Shown in pieces: positions 27,594 through 39,175 of a DNA stretch of 64,000 nucleotides. The number at the start of each line of letters is the position of its first letter. The stretch's first letter is position 1. The position numbers and the translations under genes are program-made. Under the pieces are notes generated by a model. It had not been told where the DNA came from, ran no database searches, and saw only the letters and a program-made list of their open reading frames with translations. The stretch covers positions 8,370,001 through 8,434,000 of the forward strand of contig CM120647.1 of NCBI GenBank assembly GCA_051362555.1. Direction: 5' to 3'. This DNA is from Lingula anatina (taxonomy: Eukaryota > Animalia > Brachiopoda).

Positions 27594-28445
27594 ATATATA
27601 TACGGCTAGATGTAGTCTTACAGCTCAGGTGAAATAACGAAGAGACTAGTTTCTGTATTTTGAGATAATAAAACATAATTATTTATTATATACTTTATAA
27701 TGAATCTATGAAAAGTTTTGATTGTTTACCACCACGTAGAGTGGAAATCTTCACTCCATTCGAATTTACTGATTAATTTGAGTAGCTTGGACTGTGCGTT
27801 CCTTTCATCCTGTTCCTGGAACCATCAGACGAATCATCCCCTTATGTTTAACATATAACAATATATGTGTGACTGTGGAAAATATTTCTCCTACAACAAA
27901 TTACCAAATCCATTGCACTTGGCCCCAGACGACAGCGGAACTGCGCATCCTTTCAACGACTTCCGGCGTTTCAGTGATCGCAGCGGTCTATCCGCACCAC
28001 TCGCTGTGAATGTCAAAACACCGCTTTCACGTGGTTCGCTGATCCCGTTTTCACCGGAGACAATATTTTGCATACCCTCCGCTGGAGGTTGTGATTAACG
28101 ACCGACAGTCGTAAAAGAAATCGGCTGTATTATACACACGTGTGATAGCATGCCACTTTGTCGGACCAAGTATAACAAGACATGTTGATTTTCACTGGGG
28201 ATTCCCCTAAAAATTTTGAAATATTGGTCATGATTTACGAACCATAATCGTCTGCGTATTCTCTGTAAAAACTGGCAAGACCTCGCGTAAAAATCATTTG
28301 GAAAAATTGTAAAAAGCGGCACATAAGACTGACAACATCAGGCAGCTTTATATATACAGCTAGATGTAGTTTAACAGCTGAGATCAAAAAAAGAGGATAG
28401 TTTCAGTATTTTCAGATAATAAAACATTATTTTATATATATATAC
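27594..28445. repeat. About 100-bp diverged direct repeats (27594-27695 and 28349-28445) flanking about 650 bp
   Basis: atatatac[ga]gctagatgtagt...ttt[tc]agataataaaacat occurs twice in direct orientation. Confidence 0.7.
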
Positions 28446-29237
28446 GCGTGCCCTGTCAGTTAAAAAAGATCGAATGATGCTAGGGTGACAACTAGTGACA
28501 TTTGACGACTATAAAAGGACGATAATGACAACAGTGTGACAGGAATCAACCTATGGTAGTCTCATTACAGAAGCCATCTCGAGATAAAGGTCTGATTTTC
28601 GTTTTCTTTTTGTCTTCACCGTCTCCATTGCTAATTAAAAAAAGTATTTTTCTTTTCTTTAAAATGAATCCGAGCTTAAGGTAAGCCGCTTTTTCTCCAA
28701 TGCGTTTTATCATTTCTATCATTTCTGGTGTCATAAAATACATGTTGGTCGTCTTATTTGTAACTCTACACCGACTATATTGGCTATTTATCAGGGTTAA
28801 TTTAGCTCTTTTCATGCAGAATGTTCAGCTTTCACCATTTTTTTCATCACCATTTTTCTGCTGCAAGGTAATTTTAATGATTCCTCCTTTACATCCATAT
28901 TTTAGTCTTACGTTGTTTTAAACATTTCAGTATTTCGATAATATTGCCTATATAAGTATTCAGTGAATGATCATATATTATACGAATAAAAAAATGAACC
29001 ATTATCAGGATAAAAGAATACCACGATACCTAAAAAGAAAGTCCTTTTTATTTTTTATGACAATTAGAGCTGTACAAAAGAGCGAAGGGCCAAACACAGA
29101 AGTGCCTTAAAATGTGATATCTTTTCTTTTTCTTTCTTTTCCTCTTTTAGCCTTTTCTCATTTCATCAGATGTGCAATGGAGAGGGGGTATGCTCAAGGG
29201 GAATATCAGTGATAACCGCATTCTATACACTCTTTGT

Positions 29238-29285
<48 letters not shown>

Positions 29286-29499
29286 GGCAAGATTCACTTA
29301 AACTGCTCCCTGGTCAGAAGTTTTTTTAAAAACTAATGGTAAAACTAATGGTAAAGCTGCTGATTTTGTAATCCCATAGAAGTTGGACCGATACTCATAT
29401 ATTCATATATCACGTTTTATATTTGTGTATAGGCCGCTATTCGGTACTGTCACAGAAATATATCTATGAAACTAGATTTTTAAAAAAGACAGCACCTAC

Positions 29500-30437
29500 C
29501 TTCCTTGTTTCGTAATTATCATTTCTGTCGTATGCTGGTGGAACTTCAACCACAGGTCTCTGTTACACAAATACACAGACGCCTTGCCTGGTCTAAGCCT
29601 CCCGTCGTCGCCGGGTAGGGGGTGCCCCGCACCTTGCATCGTCCCGGGGGGAGCTGGGTGCAGAGTCGGGGCCGCCGCGGCCGGGTAGGGGATCGGGGCG
29701 GCGATCGCGGCGGCTGGAATGCCGTAGGAGTCGGTCGCTGCCTGTGGAGGGGGGTACCCGCCGTTCAAGGAGCCGATGGACCCCATGGGCGACTTTCTCA
29801 GCTGTGTGGGATACAGTGGGGCAGTGGACATGTGATAGGGGTACGGCTGGAACGGAGCAAACGCTGGGTCCATCCTGCTGGACGGAGACACCATACTTCC
29901 GGTGGGGATGTGGTCTGGGTAGCAGCCATCGGTCAGTTTCTGACCACCAACTGCGTTTCCGTGCTCCGATTTTGGGAAGACTTCGTCGTCGTCTTCTGTG
30001 GAGGTGTCCTGCCCGCTGCCGACGCCGCAGTCGCTGGCTTTGCCGCAATAGGGAGTCAGATCCGCGTAGACGCTTGGCTCGTGTTGGAGAGAATTACAGC
30101 TCTCGTCGTCTGTTTTTTCACCGTTGTAGCTGCTACCGTGCCCTGCTGACTGTACGGTGTCCGAATCTGACTCTTTACGACGGCCAACTTCATCGCTTCC
30201 AGCAGAGCCTCGAAGGCCGCCTTGTAAATAAAACCGCTTAGTGGCCGTTTTCAATAGACCCGAATACCCCACGTTATTTTCTACACTGTTGGTCAGCCTG
30301 CTACCTGAATCGGCATTGGCCGAATTATCGAACTGTCCTACACTGACCATCAACTGTCTTGCGGCCAAGGAAGGCGGTGCTCCGATCATGTCTTCGTGAA
30401 CGCTGCGCCCGACAACCCCGGCATTGCCTCTAAGCAT
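29500..30437 (-). CDS. Tbr1/Eomes: T-brain/Eomes exon 1 (N-terminus and T-box start)
   Basis: First in-frame ATG at 30437; ends MIITKQG AG|GTAGGT phase 2, joining exon 2. Confidence 0.9.
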
Positions 30438-31512
30438 TGTGTCACCTTGTTGTAACGGTTTCACCGAGACGCCAAGGCTACAGCAAACCACAACGACAGC
30501 TCAAGTTGTCACTAACCTCTTCCAGATAATGGAACTAAAGTGACCAAATAATCGTCTATGGCCCTTGCGAAAAGATCACCCAATTTGATGCTGCGGCGGT
30601 GACATTCTAGATGATAATAGCTCCTGTTATTACACTGAAGATCACTGTTAAGACTAATTTTTCAGTCAATAATCTCAATCCGATCGCGAGGTCGCCGTTT
30701 TTCCCATGCAGGTTGTTGACAGTTGCACAGTTAACTAAACTGTGTTGTTTTGTGTTATTCAAGCGCTGTATTATGGTCCCTGTGCTTTGATGACGAAACG
30801 ATCTGTCAACTCACTGAAGCCTGGTGGGAGACAACCAACGTGTGATCAACCTATCAAAAATGGAAGTGTGCGGGACATGCGCACAGGCGCCTGGCTGCGT
30901 GTAGCGCGCCGCGGTTCTCTGGCAGACGACACAAATGACTCCAATTTGTATTGTCAAAATATTTAGTGATCAAGCACACAATTTCACTGAAGGGTTTTCA
31001 TTAGACGCTGATTTCTTCAAAACTTGAGCGAGACTCAGCAAAGCTCGAGTGCTTAGTTGTACAAGTCTCAGCGTGGGTCATCCCTCTTGAAATTATGTAA
31101 GTCGTCTTCTTCTCTTGTCACTAGATCTGACAATCTCGGCTTATTAACGCTTTAATGAGCGTTCTATGGCTTCTCAAGAGTTCGCCTGCCTCCTCAAATA
31201 CACTGCCGTGGCAGGTGAGATAAGCACTGATTATAGTGAGGGTAAACGAAACATGTAATAGGGACTAATTACAATTAGAAGCCCCGCGGACAAAGGCCGT
31301 GCACAATGGACCGGACAAATGACTTGACCATGCCGGCCACCTGTAGACTTCAGGCTTCAACCCGTGGCAGATAGATTAAGCGGAAAAATTGGTCGTGAAT
31401 GAGCGAATGACCACTTAACCGGATCCCGACAGTTGTCTATCTAACCTGTACGTTAAACGTAGGGGTTCAGTTAGCAAATTGAAGCCATTCTTTGTCGCTC
31501 GTGTTGAGTTGG

Positions 31513-31548
<36 letters not shown>

Positions 31549-32614
31549 TTTTATACATTTAACAATATGCATCAAAATACCCAACAGAACAGAAAAGACA
31601 AAATGAAATATTCGTTATTATGTCCAAGATGTAACCCATCATGACAAAATCAGGAATCTTTGGAAATATGTTGTTTTAAAAACAACAAGATTTTCCCTGC
31701 AAAATGGTGTAAAAATATTTCTGTAACTTTTAAATTGTTAAAGTTTATAGCTTCAAATTAAGGGGCTTTTTATATTTTTACTGTATAATGTATTTAATTT
31801 ATTTGTTTGTTGTTCATTTATCTTTTTACTGTTTATATTTAGCTATTTATTTATTTACTTAATCAGGCAGTTGGTTTATCCTAGGACCCCTTTATTTTGG
31901 ATCCTAGGTTTATCTTGCTAGATGTGGGTAGGTGCTTGGTTTAGTACGTAGACAAGAACATCATATATATTCTCTATGTGTATTCTTTCTCTCTCTTACA
32001 CTTTGTGTGTGTTGCTTAAGTCTTTAATTTTTCTAACCAGGCCTTTTTGAAGAAAATATGAAATTATTTAAACCAAGAAAAAAGCGGATATCAGACCAAA
32101 TGGAATAAAGTTATATGAATTATTTTCAACCAAAAATAAGAAAAAAAAAACTTAATAATCTGTACAAATTTTATGACATCTTGAATAAAAGGGTCAAATC
32201 AACTAGGCTGACATGCATCTATTCCACGAACTCTAAACGGAATTGCATAACAGTAGCCTTTATGAGAAATAAACTTGCATGCTTGCCTGATCTACCCAAT
32301 CTTCCTATATCCAAAATTGCTACTTCGTGACAGGACTAATTGCGCCCGATCCTACGTGTAATTGTGGGGTTAAACTGACATTTTTATTGGATAATTATCA
32401 GACCAGATAAATGTTGTCTCGTGGATTGGTTACGTATGGCAGAACGAGCATCTCCATTATCACGTGCAGGGATCTTGTTTTTAAACGCCTTGGCCAGATG
32501 AAGAGATAGGCATTACATGATATTTTATTAAACACTGAATAATATTTACAGATGCATTTCACAGACTTTCCACACAACTTTTTGAATATATATGTACATA
32601 TATTGTGTAATATT

Positions 32615-32765
32615 CAGGGACGGATCTTCTAAAGACGGTCAGCTTTTCCAGTTTACATAAACGAGTAACTTTTTTTTTTTCTGTCGGAAGACGGTCACTT
32701 ATAGAGAATGAATCAACAAAGATAATTTGGAAGACTGTCAGAAAATATCTCTGGATCCGTCCCTG
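32615..32765. mobile_element. MITE with CAGGGACGGATC TIR and 5-bp TSD ATATT
   Basis: cagggacggatc ... gatccgtccctg with ATATT on both flanks. Confidence 0.8.
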
Positions 32766-33254
32766 ATATTACATGAATGAATACGCTGCCAAATTTGTTG
32801 CCACTTAATCTATAATAATCTATAATAAGACAAATTAATTGTTTTATTCGCCCAAGCTACGGTATATAAAAAAAAGATCCATTCAAACCAACCAGTTGAA
32901 CTTGGATTTGCTGTCTTTTGCAATTTTAATGTACTTCATAGCTCTTGTTACTCACTACATACTAGATAAGCTGGCATTCTTATTGGTGGTGGTATATATG
33001 TGTTTCACTTTTCTGTAGTTTTAATCAAAAAGCATAAAGTAAGTAAAATAACTCTTATATTGAATTACGTGAGAAACTTGACAAACTTTGTAATCACAGT
33101 ATCACAGAAATTAATTTCAACAATGATTTTATTTCGTTAGGTATTCACTTTTTTTTCTTCTTTTTTTGTTGATCTTTTTGTGGTGCATCAAAGTATCTAC
33201 ATCTTTGTTCATTTCATGTCTCGTCTATCTGTTATGGTTTCGAATCTTGTAACT

Positions 33255-33296
<42 letters not shown>

Positions 33297-34740
33297 AAGT
33301 CCCGTGCTTCACGTTATAATTATTTTTCGGATTTCCATTAAATGTTGTATTAATATATATCTAGATTTTGCTATTAAGCTTATACCAATTTAATGCTTGT
33401 GTAAAATTTCTTCATGCCCAGTAAAACTTGATAGTTTTTCAACATTTTTCCGAAATGGTTAATATCAAAAGCTATAGGAAAATTTAATTAAAATACATGT
33501 ATATAAATTACATGCTTAAAATCACCATCTTTTGTCAGAGAAGATTTCAGTTGGATTACTCAGTTCAGCATAGTTAAAGGGATAATAACTCTTCGTATGA
33601 GATCTATATTTCATAATAAAAACATTTTGAACAACTCATAGAAATTCAATATATTCTGTTGTACAAGAAAAACGGCAATTTTAGCTATCATTTTTATATC
33701 TGAGCTTGTCTTTAGACCACGTGACCCCCTTGATGGCAAAACTCTCTTAAGAGATGATAACAAAAAAACAAACTTTTTAGAAAAAAACAGGGACTAACTT
33801 TGAATGTAAAAATGGATTCATTAACCATTGGTAAGTACTGGAAAATTGTTGCTTACTCCAGAAAAATTCATTTTTGGCCAGAACGAAGAGTTATTATCCC
33901 TTAAATTTTTATTCATTATATTTATTTTCACCAATTTTAATTCATTTACAGACTCATATACCCTGCTCATAACTAAAAAAAAAACCTATGCAGTGACCAA
34001 AATGAGTAAAATGTCTATTTAAAATTAGTATGGCTAATTTCGGTGCAGAGTGAATGTAATTTAAAGGTAATGTTTAATTTCTGCTAAAATTTTCCATGGA
34101 TATAATTTTTGAGTACACTTCTTACATTTCCCTCTGTCACAAAAGTAATTAACAATAAAAAAGATAGATAAATTAATGAATTAATTAATAATTAAAATTG
34201 ATAAATAAATGTATAGATGGATAAAATAATACATTAATTAATTAATTGAAAAACATCAAGCGCCAATCAAAATCGCATCAGTAAGCGTTAGGCTTTTCAA
34301 TTGCAAATATATACAACAAATTCATCAAAATTTAAAAATGTACGCTTAAAGCCATTGTTTTCGAGTACAAAAGTACTTTTTTAAAGTTTTACGAGAGAAA
34401 TCCCCATGACTCAATCCCTGTTAAGAGAGTTGACTCGAAAATGTGCAAATTAGAACACAGAAATGGTGTATATAGGTCTCAGTTTTGTCAATTTTCGTTT
34501 TTGGCATGCATTGGAGATTGAAGGAAAATTATTTCGTTATAGTAAGTTCTAATGCACTTTTTGCGTCTTTAAACACTAACCCTGATTAAATAGGCGGAAA
34601 AAACCCTCCCTGTGTAAATAGAAATCACCTGCTCCGTAATCAGTTTCTTAATGAAAAATATTGTACGTAATTACATCTTTGAACATTAATGATGCGGGCG
34701 CTAATTAGGAGGATTATCACTGCCTTTAAATGCATCAATC

Positions 34741-34925
34741 CCATTCAGAATAGAAGATCCGAGGAACTTCTGGTCCACGGACCAAATATGGCGGACCCTT
34801 CATGGAAGAGCCAACTAAACCGCTGATGGTCTCCCGGCCTCCACACGTGCCGTCCTTGCAGGGGTCTAGCAATTAAATCTCGGAGGCGTGATTTAATCTG
34901 TTTAATGACGCTTTTAATCGAAGTG
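34741..34925. mobile_element. Partial MITE (family of 38892-39175)
   Basis: ccattcagaa..gatcc..gaccaaatatgg..gatggtctccc..ctagcaat..gatttaatc matches the left part of the 38892 copy. Confidence 0.7.
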
Positions 34926-35152
34926 GACATTGATTATCTGGCTAATACAACGATAGATTGTGAGGGGAGGGATGTGCACTGGGATACGCACCGCCCCCTC
35001 CTCCCCCTAAGCTTCGGAGATCCCCCTCTTCACCTCTTCCTCGCCTCCCTCCATCCCACACCCAACCCTGTACCCCATGTAAAAGTATTATAAGAAGTGA
35101 AACGAGAGAAAATGATAATTGTTGAATTCCTGTGTGTACCATGATCGAAGTT

Positions 35153-35335
35153 CAGGCCCGTAGCCAGCAATTTCAAAAGGGGGGGGGGGGGGTTCGTTTT
35201 CTGAAAAAGTGGACCTTTTTCCAGAAAAACATCATGTATTAGATCAAATTTTACTCAGAGTGGACCTTTTCAAAGGAAAAAGGGCGGTTCTTTCGAACCC
35301 CCCGAACTCCCCCCCCCCCCCCCCCTACGGGCCTG
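35153..35335. mobile_element. MITE with CAGGCCCGTAG TIR and 5-bp TSD AAGTT (hAT5-like)
   Basis: caggcccgtag ... ctacgggcctg with AAGTT on both flanks; further copies at 4317, 46467 and 49112. Confidence 0.85.
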
Positions 35336-36514
35336 AAGTTGATTAAAGGAAAGCTGTAGGCCTAATATCTAACTTGGACATTAATTTACATGGAATTCCA
35401 CACCCTAAGTTTTTCATACTTTTAGTTACTTTTGTTATACTTCAGTGTAGTAGTGAAACTTGGACATTATAAAGGAAGTGGATAAAATATTTTGATTAGT
35501 TCCACGAAGCGTTGGCCAAGAAAAACAATAGGCATTTCATGGGTGGATAAAATCACCAACACCAAATTAAAGTGCTGCAGAGGGCAAAACTACCGGTCGG
35601 CGATTCACACTGGCGCGGAATCATTCCAAAGGCTCTACTAAGGTGGGTTGGACAAGTGGACAAGTGGAAGGCACAACCGCGATCGCCATTGCGACAGTTG
35701 TGAAACGCAGCCGCAAATGCGCGAAGACTTTGCGACGGGGTTGACTGAAGCTGTAGGGAAATATATGAAGAAAAAAAAAAAAAAGATTTACCGCAGCTAC
35801 GCAAATTGTGAATGTCGTATGAAAGCCGGTCCTGTGGTTGCCGAAAATGCTCTTTTTCTCACAGGCTACATCTAACAAGATGGCAGGTCTTGAGGAACCC
35901 AACACATGATCCTACACAAAACATCTCGTGTCCACAGTGCGGCAGAGTTTGCGTAAACAGATATCACATTTTAACTTCGATCGCATTTATAGTCAGTTTG
36001 CAGATATCCCCTCTTCTTTTTTATATCCTTAAACGTTTAATCATATCAACTCTTGACAAAAATCAACATAAAAATACGAAGACCTTAACAGTCGTCCACT
36101 TTCACTCTATGTTGTTGAAAAAAGTGAGAAAAATGCCTCCAATTCAAACAGTGTGTACGGGCCAACCGAAATCTGCGGATAAACTGCTACGTGCCCTTAG
36201 CTCTCCCTAACGACTGACATAGGCTATATGTTTTTCTAGTTTAAATTGAGAACGCGTAGGTTACATGTAGCTACATAGGCCTATTTTATTAGATAGGCCT
36301 TTTTATTAAGATGCAGCTGATGAAAAAAAAAAAAAAAAAAAGACGAAAACAATACAAAACAAATCCAGAAAAAAAATCCCTTCATTTCAAATGAAATTTT
36401 TGTCCCTTTTTTTTATTTTCCAATTTAAAGATGACGTTTAAAATCTGTTAAAAAGACCAATGGTCATGTTCATTTAACAGTCCTATTATACACCACAGAT
36501 ATAGTTGTTATAGG

Positions 36515-36683
36515 CAGGGCCGTAGCCTGAGCAAAATGCCAGGGGGGGGCAGTAAGCGGACACGAGGGGGCAAAGCCCCCGAAGGGAGAGGGGGTGTCCC
36601 CCTACCAGTGTGGAAAATTCTAAATCCCAGGGGGGGGGGGGGGGGCAGCTGCCCCCCCTGCCCCCCCGGAGGCTACGGCCCTG
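36515..36683. mobile_element. MITE with CAGGGCCGTAGCC TIR and 5-bp TSD ATAGG
   Basis: cagggccgtagcc ... ggctacggccctg with ATAGG on both flanks. Confidence 0.85.
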
Positions 36684-37488
36684 ATAGGACAATATCTTGG
36701 GATGTCAGGATATCTACCAAAATTAATTCTTTAAAATTCTCCATAACAAAAAATGAACCAGACGAGACAAAATTTCGTTAAGTTGAATAACGAGTACAAC
36801 CCAACCTAGTTTTGAGGATTTTTTTTAACGAAAAAAAAAAAAGAAAAAAGAAAGAAAAAAGGCGTTGGTTTGCTAGGCCTAAGTGGGAAATTTTACAATT
36901 AGTTTTTCAGACAACAATATTAAATTTGCTCATTTGAAGTTGGTGAGACTGAGTAGACCTATAGGCCTAATATTTGTGATCCAATATTTTGAGTTTCGCG
37001 ATATCTCCGGAATGATTTATAATTAATGGTTGAGGGTAGATATAGGGCCTAAATAGGGCATCGTACAGTTTTAAGAAATAGGCCTACAAATTACCTAAAC
37101 TAGGCTTAGGCCCTATAAAATTTGCGGTAGGTCCCCTTTCATGAGTGTTTGTTAACAGAAACATTTGCTGAACAAAAAAGACAATCAATTGTTCATTTAC
37201 CTATCAGAGCATACTTTTTAACGTTAGTTCTAATGTTTATTTAATTACATTGTATTCATACATGTAGGCTCTTTCATCCTTTAGGTCTGCTAGACTATCT
37301 TAATACTGAGGGGTCTATTTTGTAAATTATTTTTCTTTTAGATCGTTCCGCAACGAAATTAGGGTTTGAGAAAATGCATTATAGAGAGCAGACCCCTCTT
37401 AAATCAATATTATCCTAAGAGAGTTAGGATAGCCCATTGAAAAACAGTGAATCACAAGTAACATTGCACAACTCGTTTAGCCTAGATG

Positions 37489-37522
37489 TGCTGAATCATG
37501 GAAGTCGTCACTGCGCAAGCGC
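37489..37522. promoter_or_regulatory. GCLC proximal promoter: ARE/CNC-sMaf-like site plus NRF1-like site
   Basis: TGCTGAATCAT (reverse complement ATGATTCAGCA, matching RTGAYnnnGCA) at 37489-37499 and TGCGCAAGCGC at 37512-37522, about 150 bp upstream of the ATG. Confidence 0.55.
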
Positions 37523-37646
37523 CATGACCCAAACCTTGACCTCATACCCACAGGCTTAGAAACATAAACCACTACTCGCAGCAAGACGGTGAATTCTAAA
37601 ATTCCGCTGTGAGGGTTAAGACGATCCATTAACACAGGTTGCCCAG

Positions 37647-37796
37647 ATGGGTCTACTGTCCGAAGGGACGCCACTGTCATGGGAAGAGACCAAGGCCAAA
37701 GCCGATCACGTACGAGAACATGGGATCACCCAGTTCATTAATCTCTGGAAACGACATAAAGATGTGAAGAAGGACTGTTTACTTTGGGGCGACGAG
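37647..37796 (+). CDS. GCLC: GCLC exon 1
   Basis: MGLLSEGTPLSWEETK...LLWGDE|GTAGGT. Confidence 0.95.
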
Positions 37797-38029
37797 GTAG
37801 GTAGATGAAAGGGATTTTCGCTGTTGTGAAGTGTGATTGCAAAAGTAAAAACGCCCTGGGCGTTCGTGACGTGTCAAGGTCTCAGACTGCATAAGCTTGT
37901 CGATTTAATGTGTGTTATAATTGACAATTTTGGTACTGTATTCATAGTAAATATAGAGGCCCATCTCATTTAACTATAGGAGGAATATAATTTTGTGTTC
38001 ATTTTTATTATATATTTCAATATCTCTAG

Positions 38030-38139
38030 GTTGAGTACACATTAGTTCACTTGGACCACGAGAACGAGAAGAGCAGTCTGCTACTTAAGGGAGACAAAGT
38101 TTTACACGTGCTACAGCAACAAGAGAGAGAAAACCCTGC
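38030..38139 (+). CDS. GCLC: GCLC exon 2
   Basis: VEYTLVHLDHENEK...ENP; ctctag / GTAAGT. Confidence 0.92.
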
Positions 38140-38891
38140 GTAAGTTTTGGGAGCTTGTGATAGGATTAAACGTTTGATGATTGGTTTTGAAACACTCAAA
38201 CACAGCCTGCAAGGTTTTATATTGGTGCCATTCCAAATGGTAAGTCTGATTGGAGCAGGGCCAGGAAAATTGTGCAAATTTATAGTACTGTTATACTGTA
38301 CACTGTCTTTATATAGCTTTAGACCAGTTCTTCATGTTGTAGGGGTTGACAATAATTTAGTAAAAACCCCTAAAGCAATTTTTTATTTGGCTTATATTAT
38401 CTATTCATTTGTTCTTGGATGGGGCTGAGAGGGGTCAGGGGATTTTGAGTCAATCCATTAATCTATTTAGGCAAGTAAAAAAAAACCGGGTAGGAAAATT
38501 GGGGAAAGCACTTACAGTACACCAAAGACAAATACACAGATCCCTTATTACCATCCTCTGGCAAGTAGACTGACTAGTAGTATTAAGACTGGTGGCGTTA
38601 AGAGTTTTTGGCACAGCCTGTAGATAGGTAAGGGCAGCTTTAAAATGGAAAGGAGCCTAGTGGAAAAGACCAGTTGCTAGTAGATCTTTCTTCTTTCTCA
38701 GTACTAGTAGGCAATTTATAAGATTATACATCCACAGCATCAGTTATACTGGCCACTGTTTTTTGCTTTGGGGCTGCTAGAGTAACACCATTACATAAAT
38801 AAATAGATTAATGTACTACAGTTGTCTGGGTCGTGCGTCTATCACCTGTGACGCAGAGCTAAACAGGACTTACAAGGGGCTGTCTGTATCA

Positions 38892-39175
38892 GGGGCCATT
38901 CAGAAAAGATGATCCAAGTATTAAGTGATCCGCCGACCAAATATGGCCGGTTTCAGAAGCGATGCCACTAATCCCATGATGGTCTCCCCGCCTCTACATG
39001 CGCCATCGCTGTGGGGCCTAGCAATCAAACATCGGAGCCGAGATTTAATCCGTTTAATGGCACATGTGGAGGCAGGGAGACTATTAGAAATCAGCGGCAT
39101 CTCTTTTGAAGTGTGGTCGGCCATATTTAATTGGTGGATCAGTTAGTACTCGGATCATATATTCTGAATGGCCCC
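38892..39175. mobile_element. MITE with GGGGCCATTCAGAA TIR (PIF/Harbinger-like)
   Basis: Perfect 14-bp TIR ggggccattcagaa / ttctgaatggcccc, longer imperfect arms, flanks TCA/TTA. Confidence 0.85.

Larger units (their letters stand above)
14587..30437 (-). other. Tbr1/Eomes: T-brain/Eomesodermin (Tbr1 subfamily) T-box transcription factor gene, 5 coding exons, 724 aa
   Basis: Joined exons 29500-30437, 21448-21602, 17178-17293, 16660-16812 and 14587-15399 give 2175 nt in one open frame with GT-AG introns. Subfamily-typical motifs [30 protein letters not shown] and [23 protein letters not shown]. Confidence 0.93.

Noticed and set aside
29593-30241. Overlapping 151-175 aa ORFs in other frames and on the opposite strand of T-brain exon 1 (also 14713-15173)
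   Set aside because: Shadow ORFs of GC-rich coding sequence with no independent signals.
30438-30491. 18-codon N-terminal extension of the T-box ORF in the track
   Set aside because: It starts at a non-ATG codon; the first ATG is at 30437.
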